Assembly (NCBI GenBank): GCA_964016885.1 | Contig: OZ024761.1 | Span: 9,858,001-9,922,000 of the forward strand | DNA length: 64,000 nucleotides | Direction of reading: 5' to 3' | Origin: Eledone cirrhosa | Taxonomy: Eukaryota | Shown: positions 32,557 to 48,996 of the stretch, piece after piece | How the letters are laid out: each line of letters starts with the position of its first letter | How positions within the stretch are numbered: the stretch's first letter is position 1 | The notes under the pieces: generated by a model | Database searches by the model: none | What the model saw: the letters and a program-made list of their open reading frames with translations, nothing else | What the model was told of the DNA's origin: nothing | Translations under genes and position numbers: made by a program

Positions 32557-35500
32557 TACCACAGTCACCAACAGTCTTCTAAACAGGAAACTTCTTCCTC
32601 TTTTTTAGCCATAATGAATCTGGCAAAAGAACTGGAAAAAAACATTCGAGCTATCACCCAGCACCACCCTCCACTATCACCCCACTGCACAAACTCCCAT
32701 TGCTGCCATTAACAAACAAACAAATTAACAACACACCAAAACAATTAAAACCATCCACTCTCGCCTCTACATTTTTGCTTAACGCCCAAGGCATCAGCCC
32801 TTCCACTAATACTCAAAAATGGAAGATCAAATTCCTGGAGGACTGGATTGATGTCCATCCAAACCACATCCCTTTCTTCGTCCTCACTGAAACCCATCTC
32901 AGTAACCTCCACTTGGAAGCCGAGGTGAAAGTGAAAAATTTCAAAGCCATCCGTGCTGATCGCGCTGGCAGAAGAAAGGGCGGAACTGCCATTTATGTCC
33001 ATAATTCTTTCTCAACAGAGGCTATGAACATATTCACTAATGGATACTGTGAGGCAGTCACTGTATTCAGTCAAACCAACAACCTATTAGTAGTTGGGCT
33101 CTATAGGCCACCCCAAACGCCTGTACCATGCTTCAAGGAATGCCTCAACAGCATAAAGTGTTTCATCCAAGAGTGTCACCCTGACAACATCTTAATGATG
33201 GGGGACTTCAACCTCCCCGGAGTTGACTGGTCCACAAACAGCCTGCCACCAGGTTCTTCTGCCTCAACCTCTGACAGGGAAGCTGTGGAATCGCTTCTTG
33301 ACTTCATGGATGATTTCTTCCTATCCCAACTGGTGCTCGAACCAACGAGGTGCCACAAAAACGTCCTAGACTTAATTTTCAGCAATCACACTGACAATAT
33401 CCACAATATTGCAGTGGAGAAAACTCTACTCTCTGATCATGACATGGTTCTCTGTGATCTGAGATTCCACCGTCCAATATACAAACCCAATGTCATCTCT
33501 CCTGTCCATCCGTTTGACGCTATGGATTTCCACAATGCAAACTGGGAAGCGATCAGTCATGATCTTGCACATGTCGACTGGTCCTTCACGCACACTCATA
33601 CACCCACTAACATCAAAAAGTCCTGGCAGACATTTGTGGACACTGTTACAAACATATGTGCTAAACACACCCCATTAAGAACTATAAACAAATCTAAGAG
33701 CAGAATCCCTAGAAATAGAAAAACGCTCATCAGAAAAATTAAGAGAACCGAACAAAAAAATCAACAAGCTGAAATACTGTCAGCAGCAACACATCAACTT
33801 GACTGCCATTTCATCACTAGAGATTAAAAAACATAACCTCCAAAACAACATAATGTCCCTCATCAACAATCAGAGAAGAGCTGAAGAGGCCTGGGCCATT
33901 GAGAAGATCAAACTCAATCCCAAAGTGTTCTTTTCATTTGCAAAAAAACACAAAATCACTGGCTCTACTGTTGGCCCTCTAATTGATGAAAATGGCACTC
34001 TTCAAGACAATGCTAAAACCATGGGTGAGATACTGCAGAAACAATACTGCTCTGTTTTCAGCAATCCTGATATGGCCGATCTGGGCTGTATCGGCGATGT
34101 TACTCCCAATTACACCTTATCGGACATAACGTTTGGCGCCCCTGATGTCTTGGCGGCAATAAAGGAAATCAAGCATAATTCAGCAGTAGGTCCCGATAGG
34201 TTCCCTGCTTGTGTCTTGAAGGCGTGTCAACACCAACTTGCATCTCCTCTTGCCAATCTGTGGCGGAACTCACTGGATGCTGGATATGTGCCAGAAAACC
34301 TTCTATCCCAGTCTGTTGTCCCAGCTTTCAAAAAGGGAAACAAATCCCTTGCCGTGAATTACCGTCCAATCTCACTCACCTCTCATATCATTAAGGTATT
34401 TGAGAGAGTGGTGAGATCGCGAATGACCCACTTCCTTGAGAGTAACAATATGCTGAACTCCAACCAGCATGGATTCCGTAATGGAAGGGATTGCCTGACG
34501 CAGCTACTGCATCACTTTGATGACATTTTGAGAGCCTTGGGAGAGGGTTCCAACACTGATGTTATCTACCTTGATTTCAGCAAGGCCTTTGACAGGGTTG
34601 ATCATAACATTCTACTGAGAAAACTGTCCAATATTGGTGTCACTGGAAAGCTGCTGCAGTGGATCAAGAGCTTCCTGTCAAACAGAACCCAACATGTTGT
34701 AGTTGAGGGAGTCAAATCAAGCCCAGCCAAAGTCAGTAGTGGGGTCCCACAAGGCACTGTGTTGGGCCCACTTCTCTTCATCATCTATATTAATGACATC
34801 ACTGACATCATCAAACACAGCAACATTAAAATTTTCGCTGATGATTCCAAGCTCCAAAAGGTCGTCAATGGCGTGGATGACCGGATAAGCCTTCAGTCAG
34901 ACCTACTGGCTGTTACCCAATGGGCAGAAAAGAACAACATGTTACTGAACGAAGACAAATTCGAACTGATCCACTTTGGAAAAGAGGATGCTCTGAAACT
35001 CCCGTACTCCCTTCCCTCCGGGGAAACTCTCGTGGCATCTAACAACATCAGAGACTTGGGAGTAACTGTGGACAGCAACATAAGCTGGACCACGCATATA
35101 AGCAGCAAAGTTGACATGGCCCGCAGAATGTGTTCCTGGATCCTCAGAACCTTCCAGTCGAGAGATTCCCGCACCATTATCCTTCTCTTCTCTACTTTTG
35201 CCCGACCACACCTTGAATACTGTTGTCCACTGTGGTCTCCCCACACGAAACAAAGTATCATGAAACTTGAAGCTCCTCAAAGGGCAATCACGAAAAAGAT
35301 AGATGGCATGTCAAACCTTGACTACTGGGGTCGATTAGAAAACCTGAAACTTTACTCACTCCAACGTCGCCGTGAGCGTTATATTATCTGCATGATGTGG
35401 AAAATGTTCCATCATCACTGCCCAAATGATGTTGGCATCGCCTTCAAGATACACCCAAGGCTTGGGCCCCGTGCTATCCGTCCCATTCAAAAATCTAAAT

Positions 35501-35808
35501 CGCAACTCATAACAACAATACGGCACAATTATTTCACCTCAATCGGCCCTGCTCTCTTCAACATCACACCAGGACACGTCAAAACAGAAACTGACCACAC
35601 AAAATTCAAGAAGTCTTTAGACAAATTCCTCCAAGTAATCCCGGACAAACCACCCACACCCGGATATGTCTCCGCAAACAGTAATTCTCTTCTCGAATGG
35701 GCCATGGTGCCCAAATCCTGAATTGAAAGACTTCGCCAGGTGGTGCTATTAAGTTAGACATGGCCTGGGCCAATACTGGCCAAAACATTGCAAAGTTATT
35801 CAAAGTTA
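32557..35808 (+). mobile_element. 5'-truncated CR1/L2-group LINE inserted in a (TA)/(TATACA) microsatellite
   Basis: Probable ORF1 C-terminus (stop at 32712), APE-RT ORF2, short 3'UTR ending CAAAGTTATTCAAAGTTA. Confidence 0.85.
32700..35721 (+). pseudogene. LINE ORF2 (APE endonuclease plus RT) split by one frameshift near 33746
   Basis: APE motifs LNAQG, TETH, YRPP, MGDFN, LDLIF, SDH in 32700-33827; RT motifs NYRPISLTS, QHGFR, YLDFSKAFD, SGVPQGTVLGPLLF, FADD in 33799-35721. Confidence 0.88.
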
Positions 35809-35855
35809 TACATATACATATATATATATACATATATATATATATACATATATAC

Positions 35856-35906
<51 letters not shown>

Positions 35907-36033
35907 CATATATATATATACATATATATATATACATATATATACATACATATATATATACATACATATATATATACATATATATATATACATATATATA
36001 TATACATATATATATATACATATATATATATAC

Positions 36034-36086
<53 letters not shown>

Positions 36087-36385
36087 CATATATATACATA
36101 CATATATATATATACATATATACACATATATATATATACATATATACACATATATATATATATACATATATATATATACATATATATACATATATATATA
36201 TACATATATATACATATATATATATATATATACATATATACACATATATATATATATACATATATACACATATATATATATACACATATATATACATATA
36301 TATACATACATATATATATATACATATACATATATACATATACATATATATATATACATATATATATATACATATATATATATAC

Positions 36386-36438
<53 letters not shown>

Positions 36439-36453
36439 CATATATATATATAC

Positions 36454-36523
<70 letters not shown>

Positions 36524-36589
36524 TATATATATACATATATACATATATATATATACATATAATATATATATACATATATATATATACAC

Positions 36590-36638
<49 letters not shown>

Positions 36639-36913
36639 TTTTATCAAGTATTTTTTATCATTGATTTTGCTTTTACCTGCTTAGCTTGATTTGCTTCTTG
36701 GCTGAGGTGGTTGATGCTTTCTTGGCCACTATTTCGGTTTTGTATGGCATCTTTACATATTGTTTAGCTCTGGTGTTTTAACTATTGAGCGCTTGCCAGT
36801 ACCATTTCAGGTTTTTGCGTTTCGTTTCGCCATTTCTACCCGCCGAAATGCGATTCTCGCTGAATCTATATTTATATATATTTATATATATATATATATA
36901 TACAGAAAGAAGG

Positions 36914-36994
<81 letters not shown>

Positions 36995-37229
36995 TATATG
37001 GATAAATAGATAGATTTCTTTATTTACCATAAAGGCATAAAAAGAAGGGACAAATACAAAGGGGGAGTTTACATATAATCGAGTAAAAAGGGTGTAACAT
37101 GAAAATAATCGAAAATAACCTCAAAAGGGAGGGGACGTGATGGGGGTTGCACACACCCCCGAAAAAGTGTGCAATCCTTTGCCCGGGGAGCACATGGAGA
37201 AGGTGCTCCCCTCTCCTTTACTTCTTTAC

Positions 37230-40200
37230 CTACAGGATGGTATACAGAGAAGGCCCATTTACACGAGCCATTCTCGCCACTATCACCCACCTTTCATAAA
37301 ACTGCCTGTGGCCAAGCACCTCTCTCTCCATTCTTATCCTTCTTCCGAAGTGATATCGGAAGAAGTAGACCAGACTATGGCCAGAGAGGAAGTTGCCTGA
37401 CCTCAGACCTTTCAATCGTGTCCACCAAACAACCTCTTTCAACATGGCTATTACGCACAGAAAAACCGCCTTTGCTTCCTTTGTGAAGAGGGGAGGCGGT
37501 TTGATTGTCATCACGGACTCGGCGGTCAATTTAATCGGCGCCACCCGCGACAGCAGTTGTTCGGCGTAGCCCCACAGATCAGCCACGCCAGGACATTGCA
37601 CTAATGCGTGTGCCACGGTTTCTTCGTGACGCACGCATCTAGGGCAAATCTTTTTTGAGGGATCCCTGCCCGGGCGCCCGTGTCTGTAGAGCCTCTCTCG
37701 AACGGGTAGAGCCCCCCGGTAGCACTGCCAGGCCAGTGACTTCTGGAAGTTGTCCATTGGTCCTGGGCCGAAAGTCCTACCGAACAGGCTGGCCAGTTCG
37801 TCTTCTTCCATGTCCAGCGACTCTCCAAGGGTGTCATCGCCCCTGCTAGCCACCAGCCCTCTATAGAATGATGAGGTGGATTCTCCACCGATGGCCCGGC
37901 CCGCTTGCCAGAGAGCCCTGAGCGCCTGAGCACACTCAGTGTGCCAGTCTCCCAGTTTTCCGGATCTTTGCTTGACCCAGGACTGTAGCTCGGTGAGTGA
38001 GACGAGTCTCGGAAAGGCTCGTTTCACGAACGGAGCCCACACCGGTTGACCAGTGAGGAATACCTGTAGGTGCCGTAGCCTTAATGCGTGCCTACGCATC
38101 ATCAACCACGGCATCCCCAGCCCTCCTTTCGAAGGTTGTTGGCAGCAGATGGATCTTCTCACCATAGGAGGACGCTTCTTCCAAAGAAATTGGAAGAGCA
38201 TGCGTTCCATGGTGGTGAGTGTTTCCTTAGGGCAAGGCACGACAGTCAGGCGGTAGTAAGTGACGGACGCTATGTAAATGTTCGCCACCTCCGCCCGGCC
38301 TTTTAGGGACAGCTTACACTTGGCCCATTTCTGGGTTAGTGCAAACACCTTGTTCGTAACCTCGTTCCAGTTCTTTTCCACCTGGAGGTCCGGTCCAAAC
38401 CAGACCCCAAGCAACTTTACCGGGCCCTCCGTCCAGTGTCCGACGACACCGTCAAGAGGCATCGGTTTGCCTCTCCACGTTCCGAGTTGCAGCCCGATGG
38501 ATTTTTCCCGGTTCAGTTTCGCTCCTGACAACCTTTCGTACTCCTCCAGTAAGGTACCGATCGCCTCGATCTCCGAGTCGGTTGATACCATTACTGTTAC
38601 GTCATCGGCGTAGGCCGACACCGCTTTGCTCAATCCTGGTTCCAGGGGGATACCCTGCAACAACTCCAACTTCCTCAGTAAAGGCTCGAGAGTCAATACG
38701 TACAGAAGGGAGGAGAGAGGGCACCCCTGTCGAATGGATCGTGTGATTTCGAACGGCTTCGAAAGGTAGCCGTTCACCTTGATCCTAGAACAGATGTGGT
38801 TGCTATGTAGGGCAGTGATCCAGCCTCTGAAAACAGGACCGAACCCAGCCGCCGCTAGCACCGCATCCAGGTAACCATGGTCGACCCTATCGAAGGCCTT
38901 AGACTGATCCAAGTTGATCAGGGCCCCACCGAAGCCGGGTTTGTTGCCAACCCTCTCTATGATGTATCGCATGAGGTGGAGGTTATCGTGAATGGACCTG
39001 GATGGGATAGTACATGTCTGCGCATCTCCCACCAGGCCACCCACGACAATCGCCAACCTCTTTGCTAACACCTTGGCCAAAATCTTTAACTCTGTGTTTA
39101 GCAGGGTTATGGGCCGAAAATTATTTATACTATCCCCCTTTTTCTCGTCCTTCCTCACCAGCGTGACTACGCCCTTGGCTACAGAACAAGGAATTCTCCC
39201 GTTCTGCTGCCAATTGCAGTAGACCGCTTCGAGGAGTTCGGAGAAGAAGACCGGCATTGCTAAATAAAGTTCGTAAGGTATACCATCGAGACCTGGAGAT
39301 TTGCGTCTGCTGCATTGGCTCAGCGCATCTCCGATCTCATCAGCCGAGATTGGTCCCTCGCAGGACTCTGCCTCTTTGTTCGAGAGACGCGGCAGGCCGT
39401 CGAGGTATGGACCGAAATCCACGCCCCGGCCCGGACCCTCGCCTCCCCCGAACAATCGGGCAAAGTGCTTTTGAAAGGCCTCGCACATCTGCTTAGGCTC
39501 CCGGATCACTCGTCCATCTTCGTCTTGCAACGATCGGATGGTGGATCGATTTCCACTTTTAGCTTCTGTCACGCGGGCCCATCCAACGGCTTTGGCCCCC
39601 TCATTACCTAGAGCACGTATTTTACTTCGAATGACGCAGCCTTCATGCTTTGCATCGAAAAACTGGTTCAAGGCCGTCCTCGATGCCAGCACTCTGGCCA
39701 CATCTTCGCTCTTGATTGCCTCTTCTAATTTACCTGTTAATTCTTTCTCGTTTCTATTCCTATTGGCAGCTAACATCTTGCTATAACTTATTGATTCTGT
39801 TCTAATCTCTCTTTTGAGAGATGCCCACCATCGGTTGTTGACGATTGCACCCGTCAACCTCTCCTTAACTAATCTGCTAATCCGGTTTCTGTAAGTCTCT
39901 TTTGCCGGTAAAGACAAATTAAGTTTCCAGTAACCGGGACCCTGTCTATGTGTTTTCTCGAGATTGACCACGCAGGTCACTAATTTGTGATCCGTGTAGC
40001 CAACCGTGCGCATTTCTGGACAGCTTAATATGTCCCTATCCTTACTTCTAACTAAGAATCTATCTAAGTACGATCTAGATTGACCACTGTGGTTTCTCCA
40101 AGTCCAGGTAGGCACAGTTGGAAAATCTAGTCGATATCTATCGACCAAGTTAAAACGGTCGAGTAACCCCTTGAGGCTGTTACACCCCCCTCTATTAGGA

Positions 40201-40667
40201 CATGCTCCTGCATAGTCCCAACGTGCATCTAGGATGTCATTCCAATCCCCCGCTAGAAGCAGGGAACGCGACGTTCCCAGAAAAGTCTCCAAACGCTGGA
40301 AGAAGTCGGGCCGTTCAGCTCCGAAAGGGGAGTAGACGGCGACCAGTCTCAAGGCCGCACTTTCACTACTGCCAACGTCTAGCACCAACAAACGACCCTC
40401 CGGGTCCGAGTGCACAACCTGTACGGCAAGACCCAGGTGTTTTTGCAGCAGCACGACAACCCCACCCCCACCTCCAGGTTGACAGAGAGATGCATGCACC
40501 TCAAAGTCATCGAAGGTGGGGGCCAGCTGCCGCATGACGCTGATTCGAGTCTCACAGATAACCATTACATTTATACTACATGACCTGAGGTCATTTAGAA
40601 GCTTTGCTTGCTTCCAAGTTGAGCCCAGGCCACGTGCATTCAAACATCCTACTCTTAACACATCCAT
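37230..40667 (-). CDS. Tx1 ORF2: APE endonuclease, reverse transcriptase and C-terminal zinc finger, 1145 aa, uninterrupted
   Basis: APE motifs LNARGL, CETR, GDWN, SYLDRF, TDH; GPGYWKLN linker; RT motifs SPGLDG, FRPITLLN, DQSKAFDRV, RQGCPLS, YADD; CPRC...ETVAHALVQC. Confidence 0.95.
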   Translation of the reverse strand: MDVLRVGCLNARGLGSTWKQAKLLNDLRSCSINVMVICETRISVMRQLAPTFDDFEVHASLCQPGGGGGVVVLLQKHLGLAVQVVHSDPEGRLLVLDVGSSESAALRLVAVYSPFGAERPDFFQRLETFLGTSRSLLLAGDWNDILDARWDYAGACPNRGGCNSLKGLLDRFNLVDRYRLDFPTVPTWTWRNHSGQSRSYLDRFLVRSKDRDILSCPEMRTVGYTDHKLVTCVVNLEKTHRQGPGYWKLNLSLPAKETYRNRISRLVKERLTGAIVNNRWWASLKREIRTESISYSKMLAANRNRNEKELTGKLEEAIKSEDVARVLASRTALNQFFDAKHEGCVIRSKIRALGNEGAKAVGWARVTEAKSGNRSTIRSLQDEDGRVIREPKQMCEAFQKHFARLFGGGEGPGRGVDFGPYLDGLPRLSNKEAESCEGPISADEIGDALSQCSRRKSPGLDGIPYELYLAMPVFFSELLEAVYCNWQQNGRIPCSVAKGVVTLVRKDEKKGDSINNFRPITLLNTELKILAKVLAKRLAIVVGGLVGDAQTCTIPSRSIHDNLHLMRYIIERVGNKPGFGGALINLDQSKAFDRVDHGYLDAVLAAAGFGPVFRGWITALHSNHICSRIKVNGYLSKPFEITRSIRQGCPLSSLLYVLTLEPLLRKLELLQGIPLEPGLSKAVSAYADDVTVMVSTDSEIEAIGTLLEEYERLSGAKLNREKSIGLQLGTWRGKPMPLDGVVGHWTEGPVKLLGVWFGPDLQVEKNWNEVTNKVFALTQKWAKCKLSLKGRAEVANIYIASVTYYRLTVVPCPKETLTTMERMLFQFLWKKRPPMVRRSICCQQPSKGGLGMPWLMMRRHALRLRHLQVFLTGQPVWAPFVKRAFPRLVSLTELQSWVKQRSGKLGDWHTECAQALRALWQAGRAIGGESTSSFYRGLVASRGDDTLGESLDMEEDELASLFGRTFGPGPMDNFQKSLAWQCYRGALPVRERLYRHGRPGRDPSKKICPRCVRHEETVAHALVQCPGVADLWGYAEQLLSRVAPIKLTAESVMTIKPPPLFTKEAKAVFLCVIAMLKEVVWWTRLKGLRSGNFLSGHSLVYFFRYHFGRRIRMEREVLGHRQFYERWVIVARMARVNGPSLYTIL

Positions 40668-40700
40668 GTGGGCGGCAGAGCCAAAGGAGAGTGTAGAGAC

Positions 40701-42578
40701 CTACCTTTCCGCTTCCCGGGGTTCGGGTTGCACGACTTCCATGGGGTCGGGGGTGTTGGGTGAAGGGGCGTCTTGTGGTGGTGTGGGGTCGTCGGTGTGT
40801 GGTGGGGTTGGGGTGTTTGGAGTTGTGTTGGGGAGGGGAAGGGGAGGGGGAAAGCTTTTTAGTAGGACGCGGTTTATGGGTTTGACAGAGGGTGGTCCTA
40901 CGTCCTCCTTAAAATCCTTTTTTAGTTTTTGGTAGAGGTTCATTGGGATTTTTATTAGTTTTAAATGTGGGTGGTTTTCTGATGAAACAAAGTTTACACC
41001 TTCGGTTTGTACCGAAGGATTATTGTATATGAGTTCATTTAATTTATTATTGTTTCTGTTGATGTAAGTATAGTGTAATGTCTTTTTTTCCGATGGTGTG
41101 AGTGTTTCGAAGAGGGGAGGGGCAGGTTTGGTTTTGTTTGTTGCTGGAGGGGTGTTTTCTGTTTTGTTAGATTGTGTTGCGATTTGGGTGGGGGTTGTTT
41201 GTCCTTGTGTGTTTTGCACATGTTTTCTTTTTTTCCTTTTAATCTGTCTGAAGGACTCCGTTTCTTCCTCCGAATTCGTTGGGTTATCTTCAGTGTTGGA
41301 GGGAAGAGGTATGTTTGCTGGTAATGTTTCCGTGTTGGTTTTCTTTGTGGGGGAGATGGATGTCACTATGTTAGACTGTGTTGTGTGTTGTGTCTGCGGT
41401 GGTTGTGTTGTTTTATTGAGTGAGAGGTTGGGTGGGCCTGTATTTTGTTTTGGGGTAATGTGTTGTGACTGTTTGTGTTGTGGTGGTGTTGTGGTGTTAC
41501 TGAGGGACGGGTTGGGTGGGACTGAGTTTTGTTGTTTGTTTATCTGTTGTGGTGGTGGTGGTGGAGCTGGTGTTGGTAGCAGGGTTTTCTTTTTGTTGAG
41601 TTGGGGACAAGCGGCCTTCAGGTGCCCTCTGCCTGCACAGATATGGCAGGACGGCCTTCTCCCCTCCACGCTAATGTTTATATACCCGTGGTCCTCTAAT
41701 AGGATTCTGTCGGGTATTTGGGCGATGCGTTCAGGCTTCATTTGTACTACCAGCTCTATACCTGTTCCACTGAACGCATTGCCTGTGGTTTTCCCAATGG
41801 AAATCACGTTGTCATTCACTGGATCGATGAAACCAGCTATGAGCCAGCAGTAGTCCACATCTGGCATCATTGCATCCAGCCATATGCGTTGAGTTTTTTT
41901 TCCCATATAAGATGGATAAAAGGTGAAATTTTTCGAACGAATCGGTGACAAAGCACATTTTTTTGCCGCCGATTCGTTCTTCATGATAATTGCTAGGCTT
42001 CCATACAGTCTGTCTTTTCTTATGAAAGTTGTTTCATTCAGTACTTCTGCGAGTACTGTTTTGATATCTGCTTGAGAAGGCTGTTCAGGTTTTTTTGTAT
42101 TGTTGTTGATGGTCCGAAACTTGACCGTTCGGCTTTCAATGTCTTTCGTGAATTCTTGAGGCATTTTTACCAATAAAATACCATTCTCACCTTCACTTAT
42201 GTATTGTTTTGCGTCCGTGATCCTTCGTACCACATCTGAAATGTTTTCCGCTATATAAGTCAAAGATTTCTTTGTTTTCTGTGCAAATGAAATCTTGTCG
42301 TCTGCTTTGTTTTCTGATATGATGTTATTTTCAACTGTTATTTTTTTGTTTGTTGTGTCTTTGTTTGTGTTATTAGTATTGTCATGCAATTTTTCAAATT
42401 TTTTTTTTTCGTTGTTTTCGTCATTTAATTTTTTCTCCGCAGATTCGTCCGTTTTTATTTTCATTTTTCCTTCCTTCTCTATGACGTTAGTTGGGAAGGA
42501 AGGGAGGACTAAAGCGTGCGAGCTTACAACTCTTACCGCTGTCCCCCCACCACTATTTTCGTTCGCTGCGTTTAACAT
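40701..42578 (-). CDS. Tx1 ORF1 (gag-like nucleic-acid-binding protein), 625 aa
   Basis: Long ORF directly upstream of ORF2; CCHC zinc knuckle CHICAGRGHLKAAC; Pro/Thr/Gln-rich C-terminal half. Confidence 0.88.
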   Translation of the reverse strand: MLNAANENSGGGTAVRVVSSHALVLPSFPTNVIEKEGKMKIKTDESAEKKLNDENNEKKKFEKLHDNTNNTNKDTTNKKITVENNIISENKADDKISFAQKTKKSLTYIAENISDVVRRITDAKQYISEGENGILLVKMPQEFTKDIESRTVKFRTINNNTKKPEQPSQADIKTVLAEVLNETTFIRKDRLYGSLAIIMKNESAAKKCALSPIRSKNFTFYPSYMGKKTQRIWLDAMMPDVDYCWLIAGFIDPVNDNVISIGKTTGNAFSGTGIELVVQMKPERIAQIPDRILLEDHGYINISVEGRRPSCHICAGRGHLKAACPQLNKKKTLLPTPAPPPPPQQINKQQNSVPPNPSLSNTTTPPQHKQSQHITPKQNTGPPNLSLNKTTQPPQTQHTTQSNIVTSISPTKKTNTETLPANIPLPSNTEDNPTNSEEETESFRQIKRKKRKHVQNTQGQTTPTQIATQSNKTENTPPATNKTKPAPPLFETLTPSEKKTLHYTYINRNNNKLNELIYNNPSVQTEGVNFVSSENHPHLKLIKIPMNLYQKLKKDFKEDVGPPSVKPINRVLLKSFPPPLPLPNTTPNTPTPPHTDDPTPPQDAPSPNTPDPMEVVQPEPREAER

Positions 42579-43065
42579 TTCTGTTAGACGATTGAAATTT
42601 TTTACACAAAATTTTTTTTAAAACAGGTTTTTCCCCTCTAGGAGGGGTAAAGATGAGCTGACCCACCGCCTGACAGTTCAGACGGAGGGTCAAGCTGCAC
42701 AATTGTATCAAAATTAAGTTTGAACTCACAAAATTTCCTCAATAAATTTGAACAAAACTTCTGTGCGAAGTGAATGACATCCACACTGTAGAACAGACGA
42801 CAGCTAGATTAATATATGGATAAATAGATAGTTAGTTAGATAGTCATTTGGAGAGAAAATGGACAGACAATGGGACAGATAGTGTAAGAAGACATCTGCA
42901 AACGTGACGTCAGAGTTGTGCCCTAATGACTTGGGCTGAATAAGTACTACTGACCTACGACACACAGACAGACTTGACACTGAACTCAATTGATAGAGAA
43001 TGCCAGTTAAGTGGCTTTTGACCTTGATATTCCATAAACAACTACATAGATAGATAGACTCATAT

Positions 43066-45960
<2,895 letters not shown>

Positions 45961-46022
45961 ATAGATATGCCTATATTTATAGATGAGGCATCTATCTATA
46001 TAGCTATCAATATATATAGGTG

Positions 46023-46085
<63 letters not shown>

Positions 46086-46124
46086 GATACTTATGTCTGT
46101 TTATGCAAATCTATGAGTCAATTC

Positions 46125-46930
46125 ATACATACATACAAACATGCATATATACATATATGCATACATACACACATGCATACATACATACATACATACACCA
46201 TGCATATATACATGCATACATACACACACGCATACATACAAACATGCATGCATACACACATGCATACATACATACATACATACATACACACATGCATACC
46301 TACATACATGCATACATACACTCACACATGCATACATACATACATTCATACATACATACATACATACATACATACACACATGCATACATACACACATGCA
46401 TACATACATACACGCATACATACATACACACATACATACATACATACATACATACATACATACATACATACACACACACATACATACATACATACATACA
46501 TACATACATACATACATACATACATACATACATGCATACATACACACATGCATACATACACACATACATACATACATACATACATACATACATACATACA
46601 TACATACACACATGCATACATACACACAAGCATACATACACACATGCATACATACACGCATACATACATACATGCATACATACATACACGCATGCATACA
46701 TACATACATACACGCATACATACACACATACATACTTACATACATACACACACACATGCATGCATACATACATACATACACACATGCATACATACACACA
46801 AGCATACATACACACATGCATACATACACACATACATACATGCATGCATACATACATACATACATACATACATACATACATACATACATACATACACACA
46901 CACACATACATACATACATACATACATATC
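46125..46930. repeat. (CATA)n microsatellite
   Basis: Direct reading. Confidence 0.95.
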
Positions 46931-47089
46931 GTACGTACGTACGTACGTACATATGCATACACACGAAGATGTCTTTGAGCTTCTGCATTATTTTGGCATT
47001 AAATCAGCTGTCATGACTTCTATTTAAAATATTCTAGTAGCTGTATCTTAGGGTCTCCCTCAGAAGAGAGATACACTGATGTATTCCAC

Positions 47090-47625
47090 TAATAATAATT
47101 GTTTTTACTTGGGGCACAAAACCTGCAATTTTCCCCAGTGCATTACTGGTGCTTTATTTTAATAACTGTTTCTACTTTTGGCACAAGGCCAGCAATTACC
47201 CAGTACATTACTGGTACTTTATTTGATCGACCCCGTAAGGATGAAAGTCAAAGTTAACTTCGGCGGGATTTGAACTCAGAATGGCAAGGGACGTAACTCT
47301 ATACGTCAAAGCATGGCGTCCGACCCTCTACCGATACTGCCAATCTGCCGAGCTTTATTTTCACGAGGCCAACAATTTCTTGTGGGGAGGGGAACAGTCG
47401 ATTAAATCGACCGCAGTGTGTTACTGGTACTTTATTTTATAGACCCCCGTAACGATGAAGGATAATAATTGTTTCTACTTTTGGCACAAGGCCAGCAATT
47501 ACCCCAGTGCATTATTGGTACTTTATTTTATTAACCTCGGCGGGATGTGAACTCAGAACGCAAAGGGCATAACTCTATGCCAGTCAGCATGGTGTCTGAC
47601 GCTCTACCGATTACTGCCAATCCAC
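47090..47625 (-). mobile_element. Cluster of about four SINE copies or fragments
   Basis: Repeated SINE tail and core motifs. Confidence 0.8.
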
Positions 47626-47739
47626 CAATGATAATGGGTGGTGAAGGTGGTGGGGGAACGGGACGGTCTGTCTCATTATAACTTTTACCAAATGTAAACA
47701 TGAGAGATATGATAAGATGTTTTAGGATATTTCAGGAAG

Positions 47740-48042
47740 GTCAAGGGTCATGTTGTTCAAATATTGCCAGAAAAATATAGTAAAACGCACGCACCGTTTG
47801 GTTTGGTTTGGTTTGGTTTGGTTTGGTTTGGTTTTCACTTCAGTATATTTTTATATTACTAAATATCTATAAATAATTCAGCTGGAAATCAATATCTATC
47901 ATTGATTGATCAACAGTTCGAAAATGTAAATATAGATATAAATAAATAAAATAGAATAAGGAAACATTGCCAGAACACAACAGGAGGAAATATAGAAACA
48001 TCACTGATGATGTCACAGATGTGTGACGAAAGAACTCAGAGA

Positions 48043-48048
<6 letters not shown>
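47740..48048. mobile_element. Family D rearranged copy; hammerhead core at 48004-48037 (plus strand), weak stem I
   Basis: CTGATGA-t-GTCACA gatg TGTGAC-GAAA-GAAC-TC; 47740-47850 resembles the 48360 and 50470 arm ends in the opposite sense. Confidence 0.6.
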
Positions 48049-48100
<52 letters not shown>

Positions 48101-48183
48101 GTGTGTGTGTATTAATAACAATGGAAGTGGTGAGCCTCTTGAAAAGTACACCACTACTGATTGACATATAACACGCTCACTCA

Positions 48184-48283
<100 letters not shown>

Positions 48284-48347
48284 CACATATATATATATAT
48301 AAATATATATACATATACATATATATATATATACATATATATATATA

Positions 48348-48783
48348 TTGTTATACTTGGGGAGGGTCATATTTGTGTAATATTGCCAGAATTAATAACA
48401 GAACACACTCACTGTTTGGTTGGTTTTCGCTTTTCGCTTCTGTGTCTTTTATATCGGTAATCTAATTTATTCGGTCCTCAATGTTGCCATTGACTGACCG
48501 ACGGTCAGAAACACAGATACAATATAGACACAAACACATATATATAGTTTATCAAAGTTCTTTCGTTGCACATCTGCAACATCGTCAGTGGGGCAATTGT
48601 TTCCTCCCGTTGCATTGTATTTTCTACGCCATCTTTATTTAGTCCGTTTATATATTTAACAGTGAGTGTGTTCTGTTATTAATTCTGTCAATATTACACA
48701 AATATGACCCTCCCCAAGTATAGCAATATTTGTTTCGACACACGATTTCATATCAAAAACCTCGCAAAACTAATTCATCGCCA
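48348..48783 (+). mobile_element. Family D foldback element with 69-bp inverted arms and tail; hammerhead motif at about 48551-48592 on the minus strand
   Basis: 48348-48416 is inverted relative to 48658-48726; minus strand reads CA-CTGACGA-t-GTTGCA gatg TGCAAC-GAAA-GAAC-TT-TG. Confidence 0.78.
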
Positions 48784-48788
48784 TATAT

Positions 48789-48875
<87 letters not shown>

Positions 48876-48913
48876 ACATATATACATACATATATACATA
48901 TATATACATATAC

Positions 48914-48996
<83 letters not shown>

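Larger units (their letters stand above)
37014..42810 (-). mobile_element. Full-length Tx1/L1-clade non-LTR retrotransposon
   Basis: 5'UTR, ORF1, ORF2 and 3'UTR ending AATAAAGAAA on the minus strand; flanked by a 21-bp direct repeat AATATATGGATAAATAGATAG at 36993-37013 and 42811-42831 (TSD). Confidence 0.93.

Noticed and set aside
37601-42621. Short overlapping ORFs in alternative or antisense frames of the Tx1 element
   Set aside because: Shadow ORFs of the genuine ORF1 and ORF2
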